Under the pieces are notes generated by a model, which worked only from the letters and a program-made list of their open reading frames with translations, was not told the DNA's origin and did not search any database. Shown here piece by piece: positions 1 to 8,521 of a stretch of DNA of 64,000 nt (position 1 is its first letter; each line of letters starts with the position of its first letter). The DNA is from a virus (Duplodnaviria; Caudoviricetes), in the IMG/VR virus record IMGVR_UViG_2758568729_000001, positions 32,001-96,000 of that record; one strand, written 5' to 3'. Both the position numbers and the translations under genes were made by a program.

Positions 1-826
1 CAAGGTACATGTCGGCGGTGTGGTCAGTTCCGTGTGCTGCGTTCCATGTGTCCAGCACCTTCTGGACCACGTCAAGCAGGGTGCCGTTCCGCTTGACCGC
101 CACCCACCAGCCGTTGCCGTCCACGAGGTTGTCGGCGGTGATCCGGGCGATAAGCCAGTCGGCGTCGGTTCCGATCCAACCGATCTCGGCGAGGTACCGG
201 TGGGGGAGACTCCTGAACTTCGGCTTGGGCCTCTTGCCGTCTCTCTCACGATCTTGATTTGCCCGCCGCGTCGGCGGTGGTGCGTTCGCGCCGGAGAGAG
301 AGGCGGTAGTTAGTGGTTGTTCTTGTAGTGGTCCTAATGGTTGCGTTCCACCGTTGGAACTACCAGCGGCCGAAGTGGAACTACCGTGGTCCGCTGATGG
401 AACTACCGTAGTTCCGACGTTGGAACTACCGGCCGTTTCGTCGGTGGTTCCAACGTCGGAACTACCAGCATCGTCGTTAGTTCCGACGCTGGAACTAACG
501 ACGGGAACCACCAGCCGGTAGATCGTGGACCGGCGAGGCGCCTCGTGCACCAGTGCCAACCAACCGGCCGCCACAAGACTGTCGACGATCGCCGGTACCT
601 TCGCCCGCCGCCGGATACCGGACTTCGCCATGAGCCTCGGGTACGTCAACCAGGCCAGGTCCGCATCGGGCCCCTTGTCGCCGGCCGCGTTCCGGGCGTG
701 CCGGGCGTACGTCTCCAGAACGGCCTTCTGGTCGGCGCTCAGGTGCTCAGACTCCCACACGGCATCCCGGTAGATGTCGCGGAACCATCGGCCACTTGGG
801 CGCTCGCTGTCAGTCGGCGAGGTCAT
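1..826 (-). CDS. Replication initiator-like protein (N-terminal winged HTH, Ser/Gly/Thr linker encoded by iterons); runs off window edge
   Basis: Not in ORF track. Hand translation from ATG 826 (MTSPTDSERPSGRWFRDIYRDAVW...LTYPRLMAKSGIRRRAKVPAIVDSLVAAGWL...TIYRLVVP) is open to position 1; overlaps the end of the upstream gene. Confidence 0.7.
   Translation of the reverse strand, partial: MTSPTDSERPSGRWFRDIYRDAVWESEHLSADQKAVLETYARHARNAAGDKGPDADLAWLTYPRLMAKSGIRRRAKVPAIVDSLVAAGWLALVHEAPRRSTIYRLVVPVVSSSVGTNDDAGSSDVGTTDETAGSSNVGTTVVPSADHGSSTSAAGSSNGGTQPLGPLQEQPLTTASLSGANAPPPTRRANQDRERDGKRPKPKFRSLPHRYLAEIGWIGTDADWLIARITADNLVDGNGWWVAVKRNGTLLDVVQKVLDTWNAAHGTDHTADMYL
356..512. repeat. Iteron-like array (GGAACTACC units, several in palindromes); candidate replication origin
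   Basis: GGAACTACC at 356, 377, 399, 422, 458 and variants at 491, 504; inverted pairs at 408-429, 443-466, 473-502 (GTCGTTAGTTCC-N6-GGAACTAACGAC). Confidence 0.75.
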
Positions 827-1430
827 CGATTACCTCGATCCGGGCGCCCTTACGGGAGTTGCACGATCCGCACAGCACCCGCAGGTTTTCGACGGTGTCC
901 GGGCCGCCCCTGGACCACGGGTAGATGCGATCGAGGGCGAGCAAGTGGGTCGAACCGCATTTGATGCACGCGTCGCCGTCCCGCGCGAAGACCGCCACCC
1001 TCACGGCCGTGGGGATGGGGCGACGTCGGACACCCTCGGGGGCAATCCGTTCGGCGGAGTAGCGAGGCGCCCGGACGGGCTTCGTCCCCTTGATGTGGAG
1101 TGGCACGTCGTACACGGTGGGCCGTTGCCCGGACGCCAGGTTATGCACCAGCGTCTGGTCCCCGAGCAGCAGGAGACCGAGCGACCGAAGCCGTGCGATA
1201 TCGCGTTGGGTTTGCTTGACCGACTTGCCTGTCTTCTTCGCGATCTTCGCTACCGGTTGGGACGAGCCCTGCCCCTGGTCATCGCAAGCGCGGGCGATGA
1301 CGACCAGCGTGCCGGCAAGTTCGGCTGGCACGGGGGCATCGTCAATCACCCAATCGATGGCGCGCATGCAGACCGGCTCGTGGTCCATCGGTCGGCCGCT
1401 CGCCGGTGGGATCTTGCTAGTGTGTTGCAC
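810..1430 (-). CDS. HTH domain fused to HNH endonuclease domain
   Basis: N-terminal HTH (VAKIAKKTGKSVKQTQRDIARLRSLGLL); C-terminal RDGDACIKCG...D(R)IYPWSRGGPDTVENLRVLCGSCNSRKG. Confidence 0.8.
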   Translation of the reverse strand: MQHTSKIPPASGRPMDHEPVCMRAIDWVIDDAPVPAELAGTLVVIARACDDQGQGSSQPVAKIAKKTGKSVKQTQRDIARLRSLGLLLLGDQTLVHNLASGQRPTVYDVPLHIKGTKPVRAPRYSAERIAPEGVRRRPIPTAVRVAVFARDGDACIKCGSTHLLALDRIYPWSRGGPDTVENLRVLCGSCNSRKGARIEVIDDLAD

Positions 1431-1514
1431 AGCCCAGGGCCTACTTTCTGGGTCAGGCTCGGGGGCGCATGGCGTTGGTAGCGCCGCTCCCGGGCCGAAC
1501 TATTTGCGCTGCCG

Positions 1515-1760
1515 CTACTGCGGCCCGTCAGTCTTCGCGGGTTCCTCCTTGAGGATCTTGTCGAGCCAGGTGTCTGACCAGACGTGGCCCATACCGCGCA
1601 GGATCGCGGCCTTCCTTATGTTCTCGGCGTACGCGGCGCGCGCTTCGGCGGCCAGCCTGTCTCGCGGGCCGGCAAGGATCCGTTCGGCTTCGTTTCGTGC
1701 CTGCTGATACTCGTCACCCGCTTTCTTGAGTCGCGCGAGCCGCGCGCTGTGATCGGTCAT
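1515..1760 (-). CDS. Small putative repressor/Cro-like DNA-binding protein, likely leaderless
   Basis: 81 aa helical protein ending IRKAAILRGMGHVWSDTWLDKILK; TTGCTT-17-CATGAT promoter 7 nt before ATG; divergent from early operon. Confidence 0.55.
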   Translation of the reverse strand: MTDHSARLARLKKAGDEYQQARNEAERILAGPRDRLAAEARAAYAENIRKAAILRGMGHVWSDTWLDKILKEEPAKTDGPQ

Positions 1761-1832
1761 GCCGGGGATCATGTCATGAACCGGTTGGGAAAGCAATTAG
1801 CCAACATGTTCCCATCATGTTTGCCAACCTGG

Positions 1833-1873
1833 TTGACATGGCCCAACGCAGCCCGTAACTTGGTAGATGTAAG
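1833..1873 (+). promoter_or_regulatory. Early promoter TTGACA-17-TAACTT with single conserved box AACTTGGTAGATGT
   Basis: TTGACA 1833-1838, TAACTT 1856-1861, box starts 1857. Confidence 0.8.
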
Positions 1874-1934
1874 GCGAACGGCCACGGCCGGTGCTACCAA
1901 CACCACCGAGGCCCTGATCGGGAGAGGCCCCGAT

Positions 1935-2630
1935 ATGAGCAGCACCACCAGCACCACCAGCCGGCGGATCTTCGGCGCGCTCACCATCACCGCACAGATC
2001 ACCATTGACGGCGGCTACACCATCAACGTCTTAACCGGCCCGATCCGCGAGCACGAGCTGTTCTTCTCCACCAAGGACCGAGACCTGTACCGCCGCGTCT
2101 ACGCCGTCATCCGCGAAGGCGGACGCAAAGGGGTCACGCCGGCCGGTATCCACGCCGCCGTGGTCGACGCCCTCACCGACGACCTGCACGCCGCCCGCCG
2201 CAACCGGGACGGGCGCCGGATCGAGTTGCTGAACCAGGCGCTCGACCGGCTCGAAACCCAGGCCCAGCGGAAGGCGAACCAGGAGCTTATCGGCGGCATC
2301 CGCGCCAACATGCAGGCGGCTGCCGCCGGCAACCCTCGTGTCGACGAGCCGAACGCGCTCGAAACCCTGGCTGCGCAGGGCACCCGCTCGGTGACTCCGC
2401 CGACCCGGGGCGGCGCCGAGTACACCCCGGCGTCCGACCCCGGCATGAAGGTCATCCGCGCGGCCAAGGCCAACGGCGGCACCATCGCCCGAGGCCAGAG
2501 CGCCAGCATCACCCAGCTCCACGCCCTGGAGCGGCGGGGCCTGATGACCCTCACCCGCCGGCCCGGTACGGCGATCGTCACCTCCGGCACCCTCACCGGC
2601 CCCGGCTGGCAGACCCCGGTCGGTGCCTGA
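1935..2630 (+). CDS. Hypothetical early protein with C-terminal winged-helix-like segment
   Basis: RBS GGAGAGG before ATG 1935; C-terminal ITQLHALERRGLMTL...LTGPGW. Confidence 0.65.
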   Translation: MSSTTSTTSRRIFGALTITAQITIDGGYTINVLTGPIREHELFFSTKDRDLYRRVYAVIREGGRKGVTPAGIHAAVVDALTDDLHAARRNRDGRRIELLNQALDRLETQAQRKANQELIGGIRANMQAAAAGNPRVDEPNALETLAAQGTRSVTPPTRGGAEYTPASDPGMKVIRAAKANGGTIARGQSASITQLHALERRGLMTLTRRPGTAIVTSGTLTGPGWQTPVGA

Positions 2631-2791
2631 TGGCCGCCGACCAGCAGACCAACCCGCTCGACGACCTGTACCGCGAGTTCCTGGAAGCGGACGACGACGG
2701 CGCGAGCAGCAACGACATCGCGCAGATGCTCGACGACTTCCTCACCAAGCGCGGTTACCCGACCGTCCTGTACCGGGCCGGTCGACGGTGA
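2630..2791 (+). CDS. Small acidic hypothetical protein (53 aa)
   Basis: TGATG coupling; MAADQQTNPLDDLYREFLEADDDG...; high-GC codon usage. Confidence 0.55.
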   Translation: MAADQQTNPLDDLYREFLEADDDGASSNDIAQMLDDFLTKRGYPTVLYRAGRR

Positions 2792-2988
2792 GCGCCGGGA
2801 AGCCGGCGAAGGACCCGGCGGAAGACCCGGCGGACCGGCTCGACAGGCAGATGACCGAGGCCGTGGATCACATCCGGCAGATGCTCGCCAAGCTCGCCCG
2901 CCCGGTCGACGTGTCGTACGGCTACGACGCCGACGGGGCGTTCCGGGCCGACAGCAGCCCCACGAACGGCCCCACCACCGAGCAGTAA
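2788..2988 (+). CDS. Small acidic peptide, paralog A1
   Basis: GTGA overlap; C-terminus VSYGYDADGAFRADSSPTNGPT similar to 3264-3431. Confidence 0.6.
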   Translation: MSAGKPAKDPAEDPADRLDRQMTEAVDHIRQMLAKLARPVDVSYGYDADGAFRADSSPTNGPTTEQ

Positions 2989-3075
2989 CCCGCTCCCGGT
3001 CGGGCCGTCCACAAGGCGGCGGCCCGGCCCGCACTACCAAACCCAACCCATTCCACTCGCAAGAGGAGCACGGCC

Positions 3076-3264
3076 ATGACCCGCACCGACACGATCGCCC
3101 GCCGCGCCGCCCGCACCGTCACCCGCACCAACCGGCGCCGCAACGTCCAGATCCCCGCCGACGACCGGTACCCGAACCTCCGCCCGCAGCGCCTCGACCG
3201 GCCCAGCCGGCACAGCGCCAACACGGTCGCCATCCAGGCGTCGCTGTACGGGGTCACCGCCTGA
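3076..3264 (+). CDS. Arg-rich small protein, paralog B1
   Basis: RBS GAGGAG; shares NRRR..Q...DR..NLRPQ.L.RP.R motif with 3522-3713. Confidence 0.7.
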   Translation: MTRTDTIARRAARTVTRTNRRRNVQIPADDRYPNLRPQRLDRPSRHSANTVAIQASLYGVTA

Positions 3265-3431
3265 TGGACGACACCGCCCCCGATCCGGTACCGGCCGAGA
3301 TCGCGGACGCGGTGGCGGATGAACTCACCGCCCTCGGCGACCTCCTCGCCCCGCCCGTTTCGTACGGCTACGACACCGAGGACACGTACCGGGCCGACAC
3401 CAGCCCGACCACCGGCCCCACCCAGGAGTAA
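3264..3431 (+). CDS. Small acidic peptide, paralog A2
   Basis: TGATG coupling; ends PVSYGYDTEDTYRADTSPTTGPTQE. Confidence 0.6.
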   Translation: MDDTAPDPVPAEIADAVADELTALGDLLAPPVSYGYDTEDTYRADTSPTTGPTQE

Positions 3432-3521
3432 CGACCTCCGGTCGGGCCGCCGCCTACGGGACGGCCCGGCCCGCACTACCCGAACCCAAACCCAGAGCAC
3501 AACCACGTCAAGGAGCACGCC

Positions 3522-3713
3522 ATGAACACCGTCATCGTCACCCCGGCCGACCGCCGCACCAACCGAATCGACGCCCGCAGCAACCGGCGCCGCCGGATCC
3601 AGCCCACCAACGACCGGCACGCGAACCTCCGCCCGCAGCCGCTCAACCGGCCGGCCCGCCGTAACACCGCCGCCGCCGCGATCGCGGAGTCGCTGAACGG
3701 GGTCACAGTCTGA
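3522..3713 (+). CDS. Arg-rich small protein, paralog B2
   Basis: RBS AAGGAG; paralog of 3076-3264. Confidence 0.7.
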   Translation: MNTVIVTPADRRTNRIDARSNRRRRIQPTNDRHANLRPQPLNRPARRNTAAAAIAESLNGVTV

Positions 3714-4186
3714 TGGGCGAGCTCAACATGGACGCCATCGCGCGGCTCAACGACGACGTTCAGCAGTGGGCCGCCGACCGGCTCCGGGCCGGCGAGTTCA
3801 CCGACCGGATGGCGTCCATGTTCGACGCGGCGATCGGGTGGCGGGTCGAGCGGCGGGACTGCTGCGACCGGTGGGGGATCGACGTTGACTCCGCCGCGAG
3901 GACCGCCCTGCGGGCCGAGCTGGCGGAGGAGAAGGCCGACATGTACGGCAACGGGACCCTGCTGATCCTGCCGGACGGGCACGAGCTGTACGCCCGGCAC
4001 CGGTCCCAGGGAGCGCGGGCGTTGGCCGCCGCCGAGTACCGGGCGTCCATGACGGCCGCGCCGGCGCCCCGCCGCTGGTCACTCACCGAGCTTGCCGTGT
4101 CGGCGACCAGCGTGGCCGCGTACACGACCTTGGTGTTCCTGGTCGGCGCCGCCTCCATGTTGATCGCCCTCGGCTACCAGCCCTGA
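3713..4186 (+). CDS. Hypothetical protein with C-terminal transmembrane helix
   Basis: TGATG coupling; hydrophobic C-terminus. Confidence 0.6.
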   Translation: MGELNMDAIARLNDDVQQWAADRLRAGEFTDRMASMFDAAIGWRVERRDCCDRWGIDVDSAARTALRAELAEEKADMYGNGTLLILPDGHELYARHRSQGARALAAAEYRASMTAAPAPRRWSLTELAVSATSVAAYTTLVFLVGAASMLIALGYQP

Positions 4187-4328
4187 GCCTGCCGGTAAGC
4201 CTGCGGGGCCGGAACCAGCACGCCCGGCCCAAGCAGGGTCACCGCAGACCAGACCGGGGCGCGGCCCATGCCCTGAGAAGCCGGCCGCGCCCCGCCCGTT
4301 CCCTCCCGCAGGAAGGAGAAACCCCATC

Positions 4329-4469
4329 ATGTCCGACGCCCAGCTTCGCCGGCAGTCCGAGTACGTACGGGCCCGCGCCCGTGACGCCCGCCTGGCGCAG
4401 ATGGCCGAAGCGCAACGGCAGGCCGACGAGCGCAACGCCGCCAGGGCCGCCGCCGCGACGACCACCTGA
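4329..4469 (+). CDS. Small helical hypothetical protein (46 aa)
   Basis: RBS AGGAG; MSDAQLRRQSEYVRARARDARLAQMAE... Confidence 0.5.
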   Translation: MSDAQLRRQSEYVRARARDARLAQMAEAQRQADERNAARAAAATTT

Positions 4470-4590
4470 CCGTGCGTGGGGGCGGCCCCGCCTGCGAAGC
4501 GAGCCGCCCCCACTGAACCCCAACCACAGGATTCACCCCGCCGGGTGCTCGAACACCGAGGCGGGTCGACCAGCCCGAAGGAGGCTGACC

Positions 4591-4767
4591 ATGTCGAACA
4601 GTTTCGCAGACCAGCACGCCGCGTGGCAGGAGCAGACCGCTGTCGCGCGGCAGACCGGCACCGAAGCGGACCGGGCCGAGGCCGAACGGCTGCGGCAGGA
4701 AGTCGTCGCCAGCCCGGCCGTGCAGCGCGCCCGCAAGGCGACCGACGCCCGTCCGGTGCGCTCGTAA
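4591..4767 (+). CDS. Small hypothetical protein (58 aa)
   Basis: RBS AGGAGG before ATG 4591. Confidence 0.55.
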   Translation: MSNSFADQHAAWQEQTAVARQTGTEADRAEAERLRQEVVASPAVQRARKATDARPVRS

Positions 4768-4862
4768 CCCGCACCCATATCGGTGCACCCCCATGTGGCC
4801 GCGCACGTCGGCATGCTCGCCGCCGCGCTCGGGGGTGAGGGCACATCGAGCTGTAGTGACTG

Positions 4863-4893
4863 GCCCCCGAGGTGATTCTCGGGGGCTTCTCTT
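4863..4893 (+). terminator. Intrinsic terminator
   Basis: GCCCCCGAG-loop-CTCGGGGGC followed by TTCTCTTT. Confidence 0.7.
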
Positions 4894-4899
4894 TGGACA

Positions 4900-4956
4900 A
4901 ACTTGGTAGATGTTCTGTCGTTCAGTCGGTCAAACTGGTAACTTGGTAGATGTAAG
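4900..4956 (+). promoter_or_regulatory. Paired-box promoter (boxes 4900 and 4940)
   Basis: AACTTGGTAGATGT twice, 40 bp apart; second box preceded by T, giving -10 TAACTT. Confidence 0.85.
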
Positions 4957-4982
4957 GATTGTCGAGCGGCAAGGAGCGGGGC

Positions 4983-5381
4983 ATGTTCACCGAAGACGAC
5001 ATCATCCACCGGTACACCCGGGCGCAGGCCCTCGCCGACGGCACCCTGATCGACGCCGGACCGCTCGCACGAGAGGCCGGCTTCCGCTGGCCGGTCGCAC
5101 TCACCGCCGCCGCCTGGGCCGACTGCGTCGCCTGGACCGACGCCGATAACAAGCGCAAGGGCGCCATCCAGGACGAGACCGGTCGCCTGTGGGACGTCCT
5201 CAACATGGCCCGCTTCGCCGCCGCCCGCAGCGGCGGCGGCAACCGGATTCTGTTCCAACTCGTGCGGGTACCAGTCGCCGGCAAGGCCACCCGTCCCCGG
5301 CTGGTGACCCTCGCCCTGATGGCTGGCCCCGGTGACAACGGTGAGCCGGTCATGGTCATCGGCACCCCCGACGAGGACTGA
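4983..5381 (+). CDS. DUF6573-like protein
   Basis: IHRYTRAQALADGTLID...EAGFRWPVALTAAAW..CV...QDETGRLWDVL...GPGDNGEPV signature. Confidence 0.7.
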   Translation: MFTEDDIIHRYTRAQALADGTLIDAGPLAREAGFRWPVALTAAAWADCVAWTDADNKRKGAIQDETGRLWDVLNMARFAAARSGGGNRILFQLVRVPVAGKATRPRLVTLALMAGPGDNGEPVMVIGTPDED

Positions 5382-5384
5382 CCG

Positions 5385-6188
5385 ATGACCACCGACACCG
5401 CCGCCGCGCCGTACGTCACCGCCCTTACTGCTGCCGCCCTACCGGACTGGCTCCGCTGGCGGGTCGAGATCCGACCCCGGCGCCGCAGCCTCGGGATCAT
5501 CACCGAGCCTGGTGGCCAGGTCGTGATCGCCATCCCGCCGGGCGTGGACCCGCAACGGGTGGTCGCCGTGGTGCAAGCCAGCCTTGCTCAGCTACGCCGG
5601 CACGTGCGCGACAGCGAAGAGAGCGCCCTACGTCGCCCGGTCAAGGAACTGGTGAACGGCGAAGGGTTCCCCCTCCTGGGTGCGAACCACCGCCTGCGGC
5701 TCGTGGGCGACGCGGATATGCCGATCGTCGGCGAGCCGGGGCCGTCGACCTGGAGCGGCGTCCGGACCCGGCAACTGACCCTCCGTCGAGACGCGGCCAG
5801 CGCCGCCACCATCGTCGGCTGGTACCAGGCGCAGGGTCAGGCGTTCGCCGACCGGTACGCCCCGGAGATGGCCGCCCGCCTGGGTGTCGCCGACGGGCTG
5901 ACGGTGCGGGTACGCGGCTACCGGCCCGGCCAAGGCGTCGCGAGCTGGGGCACGTATCGCCCACGTACGCACAGCATTTCGCTCCACTGGTCCCTGTTCC
6001 AGCTTCCCCGGGAGATGCCCGAAGCGGTGCTGGCGCACGAGGTGGCGCACGCCGCCCGGCCGAGCGGAGGGCCGCACGGCCGGGGGTGGGAACGCCTGTT
6101 CGTGCGACTCGTACCCGAGTGGCGGGAGCGTGCGCGGGAGTTGGAGCTGGCTGCCCGATCGATGTGGTTCGGTGACGTAGCCCCCTGA
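5385..6188 (+). CDS. YgjP/DUF45 (M48/SprT-like) zinc metalloprotein
   Basis: NGEGFPLLG, SWGTY, ISLHWSLFQLP, VLAHEVAH (HExxH), H...W...VPEWRE. Confidence 0.8.
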   Translation: MTTDTAAAPYVTALTAAALPDWLRWRVEIRPRRRSLGIITEPGGQVVIAIPPGVDPQRVVAVVQASLAQLRRHVRDSEESALRRPVKELVNGEGFPLLGANHRLRLVGDADMPIVGEPGPSTWSGVRTRQLTLRRDAASAATIVGWYQAQGQAFADRYAPEMAARLGVADGLTVRVRGYRPGQGVASWGTYRPRTHSISLHWSLFQLPREMPEAVLAHEVAHAARPSGGPHGRGWERLFVRLVPEWRERARELELAARSMWFGDVAP

Positions 6189-6195
6189 CTCGATG

Positions 6196-6223
6196 GCCCC
6201 CGGGTGTCACCGGGGGCTTTCTT
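6196..6223 (+). terminator. Intrinsic terminator
   Basis: GCCCCCGG-loop-CCGGGGGC then TTTCTT. Confidence 0.7.
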
Positions 6224-6230
6224 GTGCCCG

Positions 6231-6287
6231 AACTTGGTAGATGTTCTGGCGGTAGCAAGGGAGATGCGGTAACTTGATAGATGTAAG
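6231..6287 (+). promoter_or_regulatory. Paired-box promoter (boxes 6231 and 6271)
   Basis: AACTTGGTAGATGT / AACTTGATAGATGT, 40 bp apart. Confidence 0.85.
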
Positions 6288-6313
6288 AGCTACCGAGCGC
6301 CACGGAGGCACGG

Positions 6314-7351
6314 ATGACCACCACGACGACCGAGCGAGTCACCCCCACCAGCAGCCCCGTCGAAATCGACACCCACCTCCACCGCCTCTACATCCGGGAG
6401 ATGCAGGCCACCCAGCGCCTCATGGCCGCGAACATCAGCCTCCACCGCGCCAACGGCGAAACCCCCGTGCACCTCGGCCGCCGGCAGGAATGGCCCACCA
6501 GCGACGCCGACGCGCTCGCCGCGTGCCGCGCCAAGGTCGCCGCCCCCGACTACAAGGAGGTCCCCTGGGGTTCCTCTCCCACCAAGGCCATCGCCGCTCT
6601 CACCGCCGCCACCGCCGACCTAGCCGCGATCGAAGCTGAAGCCGCGTCCCTCGAAGCGGAATGGGTCCGCCGGGGGCGCTGGACGCGGTACTTCACGGTG
6701 CAGCAGCACGACGGGCATATCCACTCCAGCATGAACTGTTCGACCTGCAACCGGGGCATGTCCGCCACCCGGTTCACCTGGAACCCGGACCTGTCCGGTC
6801 TGACCGAAGCGGAGGCGGTCGCCAAGCTTGGCCCGAATCTGTGCACCGTGTGTTTCCCCTCGGCCCCAGTGGAGTGGACGAGGGGCGCCGACACCGACGC
6901 CGTCGCCCTGGCCGATGGGTGGTGCCTCAACCGGGTGCCGACAGACAGCAACTACAACACCCACCGCCCGTACGGCCGCTGCAACGACTGCGACGCGCGG
7001 AACGTCCCCCTTACCCAGCAAGGGCTCCGCAAGCACAAGCACGAGCGGAACCTGACCGAGGCCGCCCGCAAGGCTCGACGCGAGGACCCGAAGCTGATCG
7101 GAACCCCGGAGGGGGACGAACTGCGGGTCGACCGCGAAACGATCAAAACGGTCGTCGCCGCGAAGAACCGCTACGTGTGGCACATGGAGTGGGTGCTGAC
7201 CAGCCGCAACCCGGCGTTCGCCGCCGACCACGCGAAGCACGCCGCGACGATCGCCGAGGCCCTGGCCGCGAAGCTCGGCAAGCGGGTGGACGAGATCCGG
7301 GCGGAGTTGCAGCCCCGCGTCACCAAGATGTTGAAGGCGTACGGCCGATGA
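6314..7351 (+). CDS. Cys/His-rich putative zinc-binding phage protein
   Basis: HIHSSMNCSTC...LCTVCFPSAP; second CxxC; RBS GGAGG. Confidence 0.7.
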   Translation: MTTTTTERVTPTSSPVEIDTHLHRLYIREMQATQRLMAANISLHRANGETPVHLGRRQEWPTSDADALAACRAKVAAPDYKEVPWGSSPTKAIAALTAATADLAAIEAEAASLEAEWVRRGRWTRYFTVQQHDGHIHSSMNCSTCNRGMSATRFTWNPDLSGLTEAEAVAKLGPNLCTVCFPSAPVEWTRGADTDAVALADGWCLNRVPTDSNYNTHRPYGRCNDCDARNVPLTQQGLRKHKHERNLTEAARKARREDPKLIGTPEGDELRVDRETIKTVVAAKNRYVWHMEWVLTSRNPAFAADHAKHAATIAEALAAKLGKRVDEIRAELQPRVTKMLKAYGR

Positions 7352-8436
7352 GCCCGGCCGCGGTGGGGGTGCTCGACCGCCCCCACCGGCCCGGCCTGCC
7401 CCCGGAGACCGGCGACGAAGCGGCCGACCTCGCCGCGTTCCTCGCATGGGAAGCCGACGAGCGGGAAGCCAGCAGGGCAGCCGCCGCCGAGTACCACCGG
7501 GAGTTGCGCCGCAAGTACGGGCTACGACCCGAACCGGCGACCATGAGCACCGAGTGGGGCGAGCTGACCAACCCCACCATCGACCGCGACGACCCGGCCC
7601 GCCGGCTGACTTACTACCTCGGTGCCCACCACCCGAGCTGGCTGAACTACTCCCCGGTGCCGTTGTTCATCTCCGCCGCGTCCCTCGCCCGGTACCGCAC
7701 CACCGGCGACAGGTGGCCTGTCCGGATGGGGATGACCTGGGCGCTCGACTCCGGCGCGTTCACCGCGCTCACCCCGGCCGGGATCGCCAAGGGCGACGCC
7801 CCGTGGTGGCAACACCCCGACGAGTACGGCGGCATGGCCACACGGTTCGCAGAGGAAGTCGGCCCGCCGGACTTCTGCGCGCCGCAGGACTGGCCGTGTG
7901 AGCCACCCGTACGGGAGCGGACCGGGATGACGGTCCGCGAGCACCAGCAGCTCACCCTGGACAACTTCCTGTACCTGCGGGAGGAGTTCTACTTCCTGCC
8001 CTGGATCCCGGTGTTGCAGGGTTGGGAGGCGGACGAGTACCTGGAGCATGCCGAGATGTACGAGGCCGCCGGGGTCGACCTGGCCGCCGCGTACCGGGTG
8101 GGTGTTGGGTCGATCTGCCGGCGCGGGCATGTCCCGTCGATCGTGCGGGTGATCGAGCAGTTCGCGTCGCGCGGGTACCGAATGCATGGTTTCGGGGTCA
8201 AGGTGACTGCGTTGCCGCTGATTGGTCACCTGTTCGCGTCGGCGGACTCGATGGCATGGTCGGACACCGCCCGGCGGGACCGGATCCGGCTGCCGGAGTG
8301 CACCCACCGGTCGAAGTCGGGGGAGTTGTCGGACTGCCGGAACTGCTTCCGCTGGGCGTTGAGGTGGCGGGAGCGGGTGTTGGAGTCGTTGCGGTCGGGT
8401 CGTCCCGCCCGGTCGTCGCAGCTCGCGCTGTTCTGA
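7348..8436 (+). CDS. Queuine tRNA-ribosyltransferase-like / DpdA-like base-exchange transglycosylase (DUF7221-like)
   Basis: ATGA coupling; LDSGAFT, APQDWPCEP, PVLQGW, VGVGSICRR, HGFGVK, SADSMAWS, C-terminal C.H...C..C. Confidence 0.8.
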   Translation: MSPAAVGVLDRPHRPGLPPETGDEAADLAAFLAWEADEREASRAAAAEYHRELRRKYGLRPEPATMSTEWGELTNPTIDRDDPARRLTYYLGAHHPSWLNYSPVPLFISAASLARYRTTGDRWPVRMGMTWALDSGAFTALTPAGIAKGDAPWWQHPDEYGGMATRFAEEVGPPDFCAPQDWPCEPPVRERTGMTVREHQQLTLDNFLYLREEFYFLPWIPVLQGWEADEYLEHAEMYEAAGVDLAAAYRVGVGSICRRGHVPSIVRVIEQFASRGYRMHGFGVKVTALPLIGHLFASADSMAWSDTARRDRIRLPECTHRSKSGELSDCRNCFRWALRWRERVLESLRSGRPARSSQLALF

Positions 8437-8440
8437 GCCA

Positions 8441-8494
8441 AACTTGGTAGATGTACTGGCTGTGACTGACCGTTCATGCTAACTTGATAGATAT
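8441..8494 (+). promoter_or_regulatory. Paired-box promoter (boxes 8441 and 8481)
   Basis: AACTTGGTAGATGT / AACTTGATAGATAT, 40 bp apart. Confidence 0.85.
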
Positions 8495-8521
8495 ACGGCG
8501 ACCGAGTTACCGGAGGCACCA

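Noticed and set aside
4546-4575. Second tRNA-like element (CTCGAA loop followed by ACCA)
   Set aside because: Loop is not a canonical 7-nt T-loop and there is no proper acceptor-stem geometry
6661-7347. N-terminal extensions in the ORF track (6661, 9139, 30778, 19907 starts)
   Set aside because: They overlap real upstream genes; coupled or closely spaced starts at 7348, 10054, 31075 and 20138 fit better
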